From an uncultured bacterium (GTDB lineage: Bacteria; Patescibacteriota; JACMRA01), in NCBI GenBank assembly GCA_963784355.1, contig CAWAQU010000009.1, forward strand, positions 64,001 to 128,000: a DNA stretch of 64,000 bases, in the 5' to 3' direction. The position numbers and the translations under genes are program-made. Positions 10,183 through 19,351 of the stretch are shown here, piece by piece. Positions within the stretch are counted from its first letter, which is position 1. Every line of letters begins with the position of its first letter. The notes under the pieces were generated by a model, which saw nothing but the letters and a program-made list of their open reading frames with translations, had not been told where the DNA came from and searched no databases.

Positions 10183-10896
10183 TTAGTTAAATTTTTTAGC
10201 ACAGGACCAATGTCCTTTTCCGCCATTAGCGAACATCCATGAAGTAATTTCGATTTGTTGATATGGATTCCAAATATCGGGGCTATCTGTTTTTAGTTTG
10301 CTTGCATAGCCGTAAAAAGTCCTATCACCGAACTGAAATAATCCTTTGTACAAACCGTTACTACTAAGTGCATTGGCTCTACCTCCGCTTTCGCAATACA
10401 TGGTACTAATGAGTTCCTCGGCAACACATCCGTTTTTTTGACAAGCTAAACGTATAGCTGATTCAAAATCCATTCCTGTATACGGCGTTTTTACTACAAC
10501 AGGTTCTTCAACTTTAATAACTGGCTTAATTTGGGCTTGAGCGGCTTTTACTGCAGCTTCCTGTTTAACTAATTCAAGTCTAGCTTTTTCTTCTGCTTCT
10601 TTCTGAGCTAAAATTTTAGCCTGAGCTTCTATTTCCGCTGCAATTTCAATTTGGCGTTGTTTTTCCTGAGCATCTTTTTCTTCTTGAATCTTTTTAGCTT
10701 GTTGTACTTCAAGTTCATTAATCAGTGGTTTAGAAACTGTATGATAGTAATGAAAGCTGTCTGTTTGAACAAGCGCTTTGGAATAACTTATCTGATTTAC
10801 CACTTCTTCTTTCTTTTGATCAACAAGTGATGAATTAACTGGTATGGTGATAAGGTTTAGAAGTGCTATCCCAATAATGAAATTTAAAGTCTTCAT
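10183..10896 (-). CDS. Secreted lytic transglycosylase / Rpf-like protein with coiled-coil stalk
   Basis: Signal peptide, KEAQ-rich coil, CESGG...GLFQF...HWSC; ATG 10896 downstream of TTTACA-16-TATAAT. Confidence 0.8.
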   Translation of the reverse strand: MKTLNFIIGIALLNLITIPVNSSLVDQKKEEVVNQISYSKALVQTDSFHYYHTVSKPLINELEVQQAKKIQEEKDAQEKQRQIEIAAEIEAQAKILAQKEAEEKARLELVKQEAAVKAAQAQIKPVIKVEEPVVVKTPYTGMDFESAIRLACQKNGCVAEELISTMYCESGGRANALSSNGLYKGLFQFGDRTFYGYASKLKTDSPDIWNPYQQIEITSWMFANGGKGHWSCAKKFN

Positions 10897-10944
10897 ATTT
10901 TCTTCAGGCGGCAAACCTGAATTACTTATTGCCTTTAGGGTCAA

Positions 10945-11325
10945 TTATACATAGATATAGTTTTTTGTAAAGTTTTGACAAATTAACCGATTTATTTTTA
11001 TCCACTAGGCTAGTTTTTATCTGATAAAAAATATTTATTAAATAATTTGAATAAGGTTGTGTTTAATCTGTGTATATCTTGAGTATATTATCTTGAGTAA
11101 TATTTTAATAATTACTGTTATTTTACAGTTGTACATTTTTTCCACAGGTAGACCAAAGTTATCCACAATCTTAACATTTCTTATTACTCAGCTTTATAGC
11201 AATGATTCAAGCTTATCCACAACTTTTATCGACATATATTATTATATTACAAATATTTATTTAAATAAGAATGTATTGACAATAATTACTAAAAATAAAA
11301 GATTGTACTACATAACAATTTAACT
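10945..11325. other. Putative chromosomal replication origin (oriC)
   Basis: DnaA boxes TTTTCCACA 11138, TTATCCACA 11159 and 11213, TTATCGACA 11226, TTATCCACT 10998; AT-rich TATTATTAT tract follows the last box. Confidence 0.7.
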
Positions 11326-12471
11326 ATGGCTAAAAAAGCAAATCAAAATAACGTTCAAATACCTACAGGTATAGAAGATAAGAAAAAGATGGCGGACTTG
11401 ATTATTTCCCAGATTAAAACCACATTTGGACAAGGTTCTATCATGAAGATGAATGAAATAGCAAATCCAGATGTAGAAGTTATTTCCACAGGATCTCTTT
11501 CTGTTGACTTAGCTTCTGGAATAGGGGGTTTACCTAAGGGAAGGGTTGTAGAAATCTATGGACCCGAAGCAAGTGGTAAGACAAGTTTGGCTTTATCTGC
11601 TATTGCTCAATCTCAAAAAGAAGGTGGAATTGCTGCCTTTATTGATGCTGAGCATGCTTTAGATCCTGCAAGAGCAGCAGCCTTTGGGGTTAATTTAAAT
11701 GATCTATACCTATCTCAACCTAATAACGGAGAAGAGGCTTTGGAGATTGTGGATAACTTGGTCAGATCGAATGCTTTTGATATTATAGTTGTAGACTCTG
11801 TTGCTGCATTGGTACCAAAAAGTGAAATTGAGGGCAGCATGGGTGATTCATCAATGGGCGTGCAAGCAAGGCTTATGAGTCAAGCGCTTAGAAAATTGAC
11901 CGGTATAATCTCCAAATCAAACACAGTAGTTATATTTATCAATCAGATACGTTTGAAAATTGGAGTCATGTTTGGAAATCCAGAAACTACCACTGGAGGA
12001 CAAGCACTAAAATTTTATGCATCTCAACGATTTGATGTGAGAAAGGTGGGAAATTTAACATCTAACAACGAAACTGTAGGTGTAAGAGTGAGAGTAAAAG
12101 TTGTGAAAAACAAGATGGCAGCTCCATTTAAGACTGTAGAGTTTGATATGATGAACAGTGAACCAGGTGTAATCTCTTTAGCAGGAGAGGTCGTAGATAT
12201 CGGAACTACTTACGAGGTAGTAGTCAAAACAGGAAATACCTACACTTTAAAATCTGAAAAGCAAGGCGAAGTAAAATTGGGAGTTGGGCGCGAGAATGCT
12301 AAAAAGTATTTATATGAGCGTAAAGAATTGCTTGAAGAGGCTAAAATTTTGATTTTAAAAGAATTTAAGAGGAGAATAAAGGAAGGGGTGATCAACCTTA
12401 CTGAGGTAAATGAGCCAAATGATGAAGATTTTACTAAAGTAAACAGTGATTCAGAAGATTCAGAAGAATAG
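11326..12471 (+). CDS. recA: Recombinase RecA
   Basis: [37 protein letters not shown]. Confidence 0.98.
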   Translation: MAKKANQNNVQIPTGIEDKKKMADLIISQIKTTFGQGSIMKMNEIANPDVEVISTGSLSVDLASGIGGLPKGRVVEIYGPEASGKTSLALSAIAQSQKEGGIAAFIDAEHALDPARAAAFGVNLNDLYLSQPNNGEEALEIVDNLVRSNAFDIIVVDSVAALVPKSEIEGSMGDSSMGVQARLMSQALRKLTGIISKSNTVVIFINQIRLKIGVMFGNPETTTGGQALKFYASQRFDVRKVGNLTSNNETVGVRVRVKVVKNKMAAPFKTVEFDMMNSEPGVISLAGEVVDIGTTYEVVVKTGNTYTLKSEKQGEVKLGVGRENAKKYLYERKELLEEAKILILKEFKRRIKEGVINLTEVNEPNDEDFTKVNSDSEDSEE

Positions 12472-12553
12472 TAGCCTAATCAGTTGACAAATTCATTTAA
12501 ATATCTTTGATTAAAGAGTAGAAGATACATCTGTATAGTTGTATATCTACTTA

Positions 12554-12640
12554 CCGGAGTTGGCCGAGCGGTCAATGGCAGCAGACTGTAAATCTGTCGG
12601 GATTATCCCTACCCAAGTTCAAATCTTGGACTCCGGACCA
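12554..12640 (+). tRNA. tRNA-Tyr (GTA), C1:G72, long variable arm
   Basis: Acceptor CCGGAGT/ACTCCGG-A-CCA; GCAGA ct GTA aa TCTGT; variable arm GGGATTATCCC. Confidence 0.95.
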
Positions 12641-12644
12641 TCAA

Positions 12645-12719
12645 GCGGGATTTGTATAGTGGTTATTACCTCAGGTTTCCAACCTGATGAGAAGGGTTCG
12701 ATTCCCTTATCCCGCTCCA
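12645..12719 (+). tRNA. tRNA-Gly (TCC)
   Basis: Acceptor GCGGGAT/ATCCCGC-T-CCA; TCAGG tt TCC aa CCTGA. Confidence 0.95.
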
Positions 12720-12957
12720 ACAAAAAACTAAAAATCAAACAAAATTTAAAATAAAGTTAAGAATAAATATAGAAAACATAAACTTCTCCAAAATGAGCTT
12801 GTATCAGAAACTAAGGCAAGCTTTGGAAACAAACACTTACAGTTTTTAACCCGTTGCAAGCAACTAGGTATTCTAAGTATTAATAAAAACTTTTTTCTGA
12901 TAAAATCAAAGCTAACCTAGTTTTAGCAAGATTAGACGGCAATAATCAATAAAAATT

Positions 12958-13635
12958 ATGAGCAACCAAAAAGTCAGTAATTCCGATTTAGAGAAATTGA
13001 AAAAAAACACGAAAATTAATAGCGGGGATGAAGAAGATTTGGATAAGAACCAAAATATTGATCTAGAGCCTCAAGAAACAAAAGAAAATGAAGTACCAGA
13101 GGTCAATAATAGTAAAAATGAAGACCCTTACACTGATGTAGAAGTAAAATTACTTCAGGACCATATTGCTTCGCTGGAGAGTGAGTTAAGAGTAGCAAAA
13201 TTAGAGACTGATGATTGGAAAATTAGAACTTCCAGGCTAGCTGCCGATCTTCAAAACATGAGCAAGCAATTAGAATTGGATATAATTCAGGCTAAAAAAT
13301 CCAGTAAGAAAAATTCTATCCTTACAACCTTAGATTTTCTAAATACTTTAAATTTAGCTTTTCTGTATCTTCCACAAACTGAAGATGAGAGCATATTGAA
13401 GTTCTTTAACACTTTAAAATTCAGCTTTACTAAACTGATTGAAGATCTTAAAAGTGTTGGAATTGAAATAATTATTCCGGCTACAGGGGAAGTTTTTAAT
13501 CCGGAGTATATGAGTATCCTAAATCCCGAGAAAGCGCAAGAATATGAAAATTCAGATATTTTAGTTGATAAAGTAGTAAGTTGTGGACTAAAAATCGATG
13601 ATCAAGTGGTTAGACCTTCTAATATCCTAATTTAA
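12958..13635 (+). CDS. grpE: Nucleotide exchange factor GrpE
   Basis: Acidic N-terminus, coiled coil RLAADLQN, GEVFNPE, VVSCGLKIDDQVVRPS. Confidence 0.85.
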   Translation: MSNQKVSNSDLEKLKKNTKINSGDEEDLDKNQNIDLEPQETKENEVPEVNNSKNEDPYTDVEVKLLQDHIASLESELRVAKLETDDWKIRTSRLAADLQNMSKQLELDIIQAKKSSKKNSILTTLDFLNTLNLAFLYLPQTEDESILKFFNTLKFSFTKLIEDLKSVGIEIIIPATGEVFNPEYMSILNPEKAQEYENSDILVDKVVSCGLKIDDQVVRPSNILI

Positions 13636-13639
13636 TTCG

Positions 13640-13651
13640 AAACACGTGTTT
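13640..13651. repeat. Palindrome AAACACGTGTTT, copy 2 (intergenic)
   Basis: cg-AAACACGTGTTT-ga just after the grpE stop. Confidence 0.85.
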
Positions 13652-13827
13652 GAGATTATAACCATTTGAATTAACACAGATGATCCAATTTTTATTAAAA
13701 CTTTCAGGCACCTAAATAGCCTTTAATCTTGGTAAGAAATTATAAATTAGATACAATTCGATCTTTTGCAGTCAGTATCAAAGAGTATAGAATCCTAAAA
13801 ATATTAAAATAATATATAGTTACTCAG

Positions 13828-14850
13828 TTACTCTTGTAACATCCGTTGGTAGCTTTGATATCGATAAATATTAATTTCTCCTAGTTCAACTGCATTTTTA
13901 ACTCCACAACCAGGCTCATGATCATGCAAACAATTCTTGTACTTGCAATATTTTGAAAAATTTTCAAACTCAGGAAAAAAGAAGCGAATATCAGCTTTTA
14001 CAATATCTTCAATACCAAGTGAGCGGATTCCTGGTGTATCAATTATATAAGAATCATTGTCCCACCTATAAAGACTGGTTGCTGTAGTTGTATGTCGGCC
14101 TTTTCCTGTCCTCTGACTTACTTCACTAACTTCTAGGTTTACAGCCGGAATAATTGAGTTTGCAAGAGAAGATTTGCCCACTCCACTATTACCTACTAGT
14201 GCCGATATTGAACCTCGGAGTAAATTCTTAAGTGTATCAATCCCCATGTCGTTAACTACAGATGTTTCTATGACCGGAATTCCACTTGCCTTATAAAAAT
14301 CAATTATAGGGTGTCTCTCTGTAGTGAGCTCCGATTTGCTGATACAAATAACCGGCTTTACATTACCGTTTTGAAGTATCATCAGATACCGATCAATAAA
14401 TCGTGGATGGAACTCCGGATTCTTTGAGCTTGCTACAATCACGGCTATATCTAAATTTGCCACAAGAACATGTTGCTGAAGCGCAACTGGTGCATACCGA
14501 GTGCTATCACCTCTCATACGAGCAATAATAGTTTGTCGATCCTCTTTTTTTACTATATAACCTTGGTCCTGAGTTGTTTTTATAAAATGAACTCGATCAC
14601 CGACCACTAACTGCCCTATTGTTTGTAAATATATAAAATCACTTAAGGAACATTTAGTATAGTTGTCATTATTCATGACTATGAAATTTTTATTTCGAAT
14701 TGCAGCAACAGTTCCGATCAAAGTTGCTTCAGGTGGAAAGCTAGATTCTACTTTTAAATGTTCCCTAGAACCTTGTGGCTTAGTATATTTTTTCTTGGTG
14801 CGTGCTCTAGGATTCCCGTATCTATCCCAAAAATCAGTCTTATTGCTCAT
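13828..14850 (-). CDS. rsgA: Ribosome small subunit-dependent GTPase A
   Basis: VVGDRV, GNSGVGKSSL, GRHTTT, IDTPGIR, CKYKNCLHDHEPGC. Confidence 0.95.
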   Translation of the reverse strand: MSNKTDFWDRYGNPRARTKKKYTKPQGSREHLKVESSFPPEATLIGTVAAIRNKNFIVMNNDNYTKCSLSDFIYLQTIGQLVVGDRVHFIKTTQDQGYIVKKEDRQTIIARMRGDSTRYAPVALQQHVLVANLDIAVIVASSKNPEFHPRFIDRYLMILQNGNVKPVICISKSELTTERHPIIDFYKASGIPVIETSVVNDMGIDTLKNLLRGSISALVGNSGVGKSSLANSIIPAVNLEVSEVSQRTGKGRHTTTATSLYRWDNDSYIIDTPGIRSLGIEDIVKADIRFFFPEFENFSKYCKYKNCLHDHEPGCGVKNAVELGEINIYRYQSYQRMLQE

Positions 14851-14867
14851 AGGTTCCTACTATCTAA

Positions 14868-16157
14868 TTAAATTAACTTGTCTTCTTCTAAAAGTACTGC
14901 TTTCTCTTCTTTGCCAGATTCCAAGGTATCCATAGTGTTACTAACAGTTATTAGACTGCGATTGGCTAAATCATAATTTTGCTGTGCCTGTCTAATTTTA
15001 TCTCCGAGCTTTCTAAATTCATCCTGGAAAACCTTCACATTTTCTTTAATTTTGCTCAAACCTGCAATAATTTGCTCCGCATTTTGGTTGATATTGTATT
15101 TAAACTGGTAAGTTCTAATAATTAATACTAGAGGAAAAATCGTAATTGGTGAAACAGGTGCTACTTTCAGTTTTTGTAAAGCAGTTACAGTAGCTTCATC
15201 ATTGGCTACTTCAGAATACATTGAATCACTGGGAAGGTACATAAGTAAATGTTCCAAATAGCTATCTTTTTGGTATTTCTTTGAGATATCTTCAGCCATT
15301 TCTAATATACTTCGTAAAAAAGCTTTTAAGGCGGCCTTTTTATTATCTTTATCTGCTTCTAGGTAATCATTGTACTTAGTTGCAGGCAGCTTACAGTCTA
15401 TTCCAATTTTTTTGCCGTCAATTTTTATAACAAAATCAATTTTATCATTTGTTCCTGGAATCACTACTTGTTTTTCCCATGAATTAGGATTTAGATTCTC
15501 TGCTAAAATACTTTCCAAATACTTTTCACCAAAATCACCAATTGCTTTACTGTTAGTACGGCTAAAAATAGAATTTAATTTATCAATAGATGTAGTTGAG
15601 TCAATCATAGTTTGGGCAGCAACTTTCATCTCACCCAAATTTCTTGTAACATCCTCAAAAGACTTTAAATGCTGTAAAAAGTTATCATTAAGCCTTTTTT
15701 GCACATCCTGATTAATTTGTTCTAGTTTATCTTGATTTGTTTTACTTAAAAGTTCAAAGTTTTTGTTTGTCATTTCTTGAAGCTTCCCAAGTTCTGTTCT
15801 ATTCATCTCCGAAATTCCTAAAAGAGCTTGTTGCAACCTTTCCTGTACAGAATTTTGAATATTTGAGAGGCCAGTATTTAAACTTTCTTGGGTGGCTGTT
15901 TGTAATAGACTAAATCTTTGTTCCAACTTGATCTGATTATCTTTGATTTCATTTATTTGCTTGGTACTACCCTCTTGTATAGCCTCAAGTAAGCGGCTGA
16001 GACTACTCATTTGAAAATCACCCATCTTCATGATAATAGAGTTGACTATATTAGTTTGATCAGGTTCAAATTGTTTACCAGGACCTTTTACAATCAGCCA
16101 AGCAAGGATCAAAAGTCCGACTAAATTTACTAAGGATATGAATAACAATAAGTCCAT
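14868..16157 (-). CDS. rmuC: DNA recombination protein RmuC
   Basis: N-terminal TM, coiled coil, GDFGEKYLE, IDCK, ISKKY, MYLPSDSMY. Confidence 0.85.
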   Translation of the reverse strand: MDLLLFISLVNLVGLLILAWLIVKGPGKQFEPDQTNIVNSIIMKMGDFQMSSLSRLLEAIQEGSTKQINEIKDNQIKLEQRFSLLQTATQESLNTGLSNIQNSVQERLQQALLGISEMNRTELGKLQEMTNKNFELLSKTNQDKLEQINQDVQKRLNDNFLQHLKSFEDVTRNLGEMKVAAQTMIDSTTSIDKLNSIFSRTNSKAIGDFGEKYLESILAENLNPNSWEKQVVIPGTNDKIDFVIKIDGKKIGIDCKLPATKYNDYLEADKDNKKAALKAFLRSILEMAEDISKKYQKDSYLEHLLMYLPSDSMYSEVANDEATVTALQKLKVAPVSPITIFPLVLIIRTYQFKYNINQNAEQIIAGLSKIKENVKVFQDEFRKLGDKIRQAQQNYDLANRSLITVSNTMDTLESGKEEKAVLLEEDKLI

Positions 16158-16545
16158 AATTATATATCTTGATACTACTTTAGAGATCTATGAAGGTGAT
16201 ATTGTCAATTGGCAGTATAAGCAACTGTACAAAATTTTGCCTGAAAACGGTCGGCTCAACTTAATTGATAGATTTCAAGATATTTGGATAAATATAAAAG
16301 CAACTTTAGACGAAAAAGAAATATATTTTGTTGTAGCAAAACATGCCGGATTTACGGACTCTAGGGTAGTTTATATTTGGCTTGAGACTAATTTTCTGTT
16401 TGAAAATAAAACTTTTAAAGTAGTCAATTTGCCTGAGGGCTTAACTTTTATTGATTTAGATACTTCGAGCTTTACACAGCTGAATAAAGAATCCTCTAAA
16501 AACTCGAGTATATATTCTGCAAAACCCAGGATCGGCCTAAAATAA
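16138..16545 (+). CDS. Short, divergent TsaB/YeaZ-like protein
   Basis: IYLDTT resembles LAIDTS; AGFTDSRV resembles GSFTGLRI; C-terminal YSAKPRIG as in short CPR TsaB forms. Confidence 0.5.
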   Translation: MNNNKSIIIYLDTTLEIYEGDIVNWQYKQLYKILPENGRLNLIDRFQDIWINIKATLDEKEIYFVVAKHAGFTDSRVVYIWLETNFLFENKTFKVVNLPEGLTFIDLDTSSFTQLNKESSKNSSIYSAKPRIGLK

Positions 16546-16603
16546 CTTGACAAAAAGAGTATATAGCAACATTATTCAACAACTTATCATAAGCAAATAA
16601 ACT

Positions 16604-17137
16604 ATGGCTGTTTCCCATGCAAAAAAAGTGGAAATCTTAGATCTACTGCAAAATTCAGCAGCAACCCAAAAAGCTGTACTTTTACTTACAACAAAAGGTG
16701 CTGAAGAGAGCTTAGGATCTGAGAAAAACACTAAAATTAGAAAAGAGGCTAGAAAGCAAGGGGTAGTTATTAAGGTAATTAAAAATACTTTAATCTCTAA
16801 AACCTTCACTGGTGTTCCCGAACTTACTGGTCAAACCTATGTAGCATTTCTTGATCAAGGAGAGCAAGGAGATGAAGTAAGAGTTCCTAAAACTATATCT
16901 GGTTTAGTTTCAAAGGATTTCAAAGAAAATTTTTTGATTCTTGGCTCTGTTGTAAACGGTGAATTTTTTGACTCAGTCAAAACACAACTGTTGGCAACTA
17001 CCCCAAGCCTAGATCAGTCTATAAGCATGATAGCGGGCTCGATTAATCAAATTGCTACTAAATTAGCTTTGGTTATTAAAGAAATACCATCAGGAGTTGC
17101 TAGGGGGGTATCAGAGGTACAGAAAATTAAGTCTTGA
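16604..17137 (+). CDS. rplJ: 50S ribosomal protein L10
   Basis: MAVSHAKK, KVIKNTL, LTGQT; precedes rplL. Confidence 0.9.
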   Translation: MAVSHAKKVEILDLLQNSAATQKAVLLLTTKGAEESLGSEKNTKIRKEARKQGVVIKVIKNTLISKTFTGVPELTGQTYVAFLDQGEQGDEVRVPKTISGLVSKDFKENFLILGSVVNGEFFDSVKTQLLATTPSLDQSISMIAGSINQIATKLALVIKEIPSGVARGVSEVQKIKS

Positions 17138-17232
17138 CAAAAAACTATCTTTTGGATTATATCTAGAGATTAGTTGTAGTCCTATATTTATTATACATAC
17201 ATAAGCGCTAAATACTATCATCATTAATTTAT

Positions 17233-17613
17233 ATGTCTAAAGTTCAAACTATTGTAGATGAGTTAAAAACTCTAAGTCTTTTGGAAGCTGCCGAATTGGT
17301 TAAAGCTATTGAAGAAACATTTGGTGTAAGTGCTGCTGCTCCTGTAGCTGTAGCTGCTCCTGTAGCTGGCGGTGCTGCCGCTCCTGCAGAAGAAGAAAAA
17401 ACATCTTTTAATGTAAAAGTTTCAGATGTTCCTGCTGATAAAAAAATCGCAGTAATCAAAGTGGTTAAAAACATTTTAAACATCGGTTTGGCTGAAGCTA
17501 AAACTAAAGTCGAATCAGCCCCATTTGTATTAATTGAAGGCGCATCTAAGGATGATGCTAACAAATACAAGGAAGAGCTTGTAGGTGCTGGTGCTGGTGT
17601 TTCATTAGAATAA
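17233..17613 (+). CDS. rplL: 50S ribosomal protein L7/L12
   Basis: EETFGVSAAAPVA, KIAVIKVV, GLAEAK. Confidence 0.97.
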   Translation: MSKVQTIVDELKTLSLLEAAELVKAIEETFGVSAAAPVAVAAPVAGGAAAPAEEEKTSFNVKVSDVPADKKIAVIKVVKNILNIGLAEAKTKVESAPFVLIEGASKDDANKYKEELVGAGAGVSLE

Positions 17614-17633
17614 TTTCAACTAAATTTTAGGTC

Positions 17634-18398
17634 ATGAATAAGCAATTAAGTCTAATGAGTCTTTTTGAAGTAGGAGCTCATAGGGGAAATAAAAAATCTA
17701 AGTTAAATCCAAGATTAAAATCAAAAGTCTACGGCTTTGACAAAAGCTTGTGTTTAATTGATTTGGTAGAGGCAAAAGCCTCAATGGAAAGAGCTGCTGA
17801 ATTAATTTACAAATTAGGCCAAAAAAGAAAGCAAATTTTAATTGTTGGTACTTCTAGACACATCAAGGACTACGTTGTTGAATTTGCATCAACTTTTCAA
17901 AATGGTGCAATGCCTTACGTAGATAATCGATGGTTAGGTGGTACTTTGACTAACTGGTCAACAGTTAAAAAGACCTTAAAAACTTTGGAGAAGTTAGACA
18001 ACATTGAGTCTAACAAAGAATTCTTTCAAAAGCTTGCTCGTAATGAACAGTTAAATATTACAAGAAAAAAAGCTAAAATAAGTAAATTGTTCAAGGGTTT
18101 AGTTAATTTAAAAAATAATAAACCTGGTGCTATTCTAGTTTTGGATGCTAATCAGAACGATATGGCAATTAAAGAAGCTGATAATATGAATATTCCTGTT
18201 ATCACTTTAACCAACACTAATACTCTTGCTTTACCTAAAAACTTGAACTATACTATTGTTACGAACATCAACTCAATCAATGCTATAAAGCTCATTACTG
18301 AACATTTAGGTGCATCTTACAATTTAGGATTAGAAGCCGGTGTTCCACAAGCTATAGAGCAAAAAAATCAAGAAGTAAAACCTAAAGTAGTAGCTTAA
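17634..18398 (+). CDS. rpsB: 30S ribosomal protein S2
   Basis: GAHRG, ILIVGT, RWLGGTLTNW, AIKEA. Confidence 0.95.
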   Translation: MNKQLSLMSLFEVGAHRGNKKSKLNPRLKSKVYGFDKSLCLIDLVEAKASMERAAELIYKLGQKRKQILIVGTSRHIKDYVVEFASTFQNGAMPYVDNRWLGGTLTNWSTVKKTLKTLEKLDNIESNKEFFQKLARNEQLNITRKKAKISKLFKGLVNLKNNKPGAILVLDANQNDMAIKEADNMNIPVITLTNTNTLALPKNLNYTIVTNINSINAIKLITEHLGASYNLGLEAGVPQAIEQKNQEVKPKVVA

Positions 18399-18400
18399 TT

Positions 18401-18598
18401 ATGGCTTGGCAAAAAACTAAAATATTATTGATTTCTGTAGAAACTGATGAAAGTACAGGAAAGAAAGTTATTCACAGATACGTTGTAAACAAATCTAAGG
18501 GTAAGGGTAAAAACCAGCAAAGTGCAAAACTAGCTATCAAAAAATATAACCCGATACTTAGAAAACACGTTGTTTACACCGAAAGCAAGTATAAATAA
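18401..18598 (+). CDS. rpmG: 50S ribosomal protein L33 (no Zn cysteines)
   Basis: KLAIKKYNPILRKHVVYTE. Confidence 0.9.
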   Translation: MAWQKTKILLISVETDESTGKKVIHRYVVNKSKGKGKNQQSAKLAIKKYNPILRKHVVYTESKYK

Positions 18599-18620
18599 AT
18601 AATCTAAAATTGATGTAACC

Positions 18621-18839
18621 ATGTCTATTAAAAAAATGAGAGCAAAGAGCCATAAAGGAGCCTCTAAGAGAATTAAAGTTACCAATGGAGGTGACATGGA
18701 CAGTGGTAAATTAATCACTAATAGAATAAATAAAGGTCACAGAAATATCAAAAAACAGCGTGAAAGATCTTTAAAAGCTAAGAGAAGTACTACTTTATCA
18801 GCTATTCACAATAAATTAAAGTCTATCTTATCCATTTAA
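18621..18839 (+). CDS. rpmI: 50S ribosomal protein L35
   Basis: KSHKGASKRIKVT; upstream of rplT. Confidence 0.88.
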   Translation: MSIKKMRAKSHKGASKRIKVTNGGDMDSGKLITNRINKGHRNIKKQRERSLKAKRSTTLSAIHNKLKSILSI

Positions 18840-18857
18840 GAGTAAATTCTAAATAAA

Positions 18858-19211
18858 ATGTCTAGAGTAAAAAAAGGATTATCCGCAAGAAAACATAGAA
18901 AATATTTACTATCCCGTGCTAAGGGTTATTTAAATGGTGCTAGTACAAAATTTAGACAAGCTAAAGAAAGACTTTTAAAAGCTGAATCTAATTCTTATAA
19001 AAGTAGAAGGCTGAGAAAAAGAGATTTCAGAAGTTTATGGATTACTCGTATTAATGGTGCCTTAGACCAAATCAATAGTGATTTAAACTACAGCAAATTC
19101 ATTAATCTTTTGAATAAATCCGAAATCAATTTAAACCGTAAATCTATCTCTGAAATGGCGATAGTAGATATCAATTCTTTCAGTGAATTAGTTAGCACAT
19201 TGCAAAAATAA
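18858..19211 (+). CDS. rplT: 50S ribosomal protein L20
   Basis: MSRVK, AKGY, KRDFRSLWITRIN, LNRK. Confidence 0.97.
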   Translation: MSRVKKGLSARKHRKYLLSRAKGYLNGASTKFRQAKERLLKAESNSYKSRRLRKRDFRSLWITRINGALDQINSDLNYSKFINLLNKSEINLNRKSISEMAIVDINSFSELVSTLQK

Positions 19212-19237
19212 GAGTTTATATTTGTATATTTTATATT

Positions 19238-19261
19238 TCCCCATTTTTTGGGGATTTTTTT
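19238..19261 (+). terminator. Intrinsic terminator of the r-protein cluster
   Basis: TCCCCA TTTTT TGGGGA + T7. Confidence 0.75.
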
Positions 19262-19351
19262 ATGGCAAACGTTAATTTCTCAAAATTACATAAAACCACT
19301 GTTTTTAATCTTTTTTGACTGTATCAAAATATTGTAGTTTAGTATACAAAT

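Noticed and set aside
11057-11323. 88-aa ORF upstream of recA
   Set aside because: TTG start, I/L/Y/T composition typical of AT-rich noncoding DNA; overlaps the DnaA-box cluster
12539-12754. 71-aa ORF
   Set aside because: Shadow of tRNA-Tyr and tRNA-Gly
12900-12957. CIRCE element upstream of grpE
   Set aside because: Only a partial TTAGCA half; no GAGTGCTAA arm
18563-18575. AAACACGTTGTTT in rpmG as another palindrome copy
   Set aside because: Has a 1-nt insertion and encodes the conserved RKHV of L33
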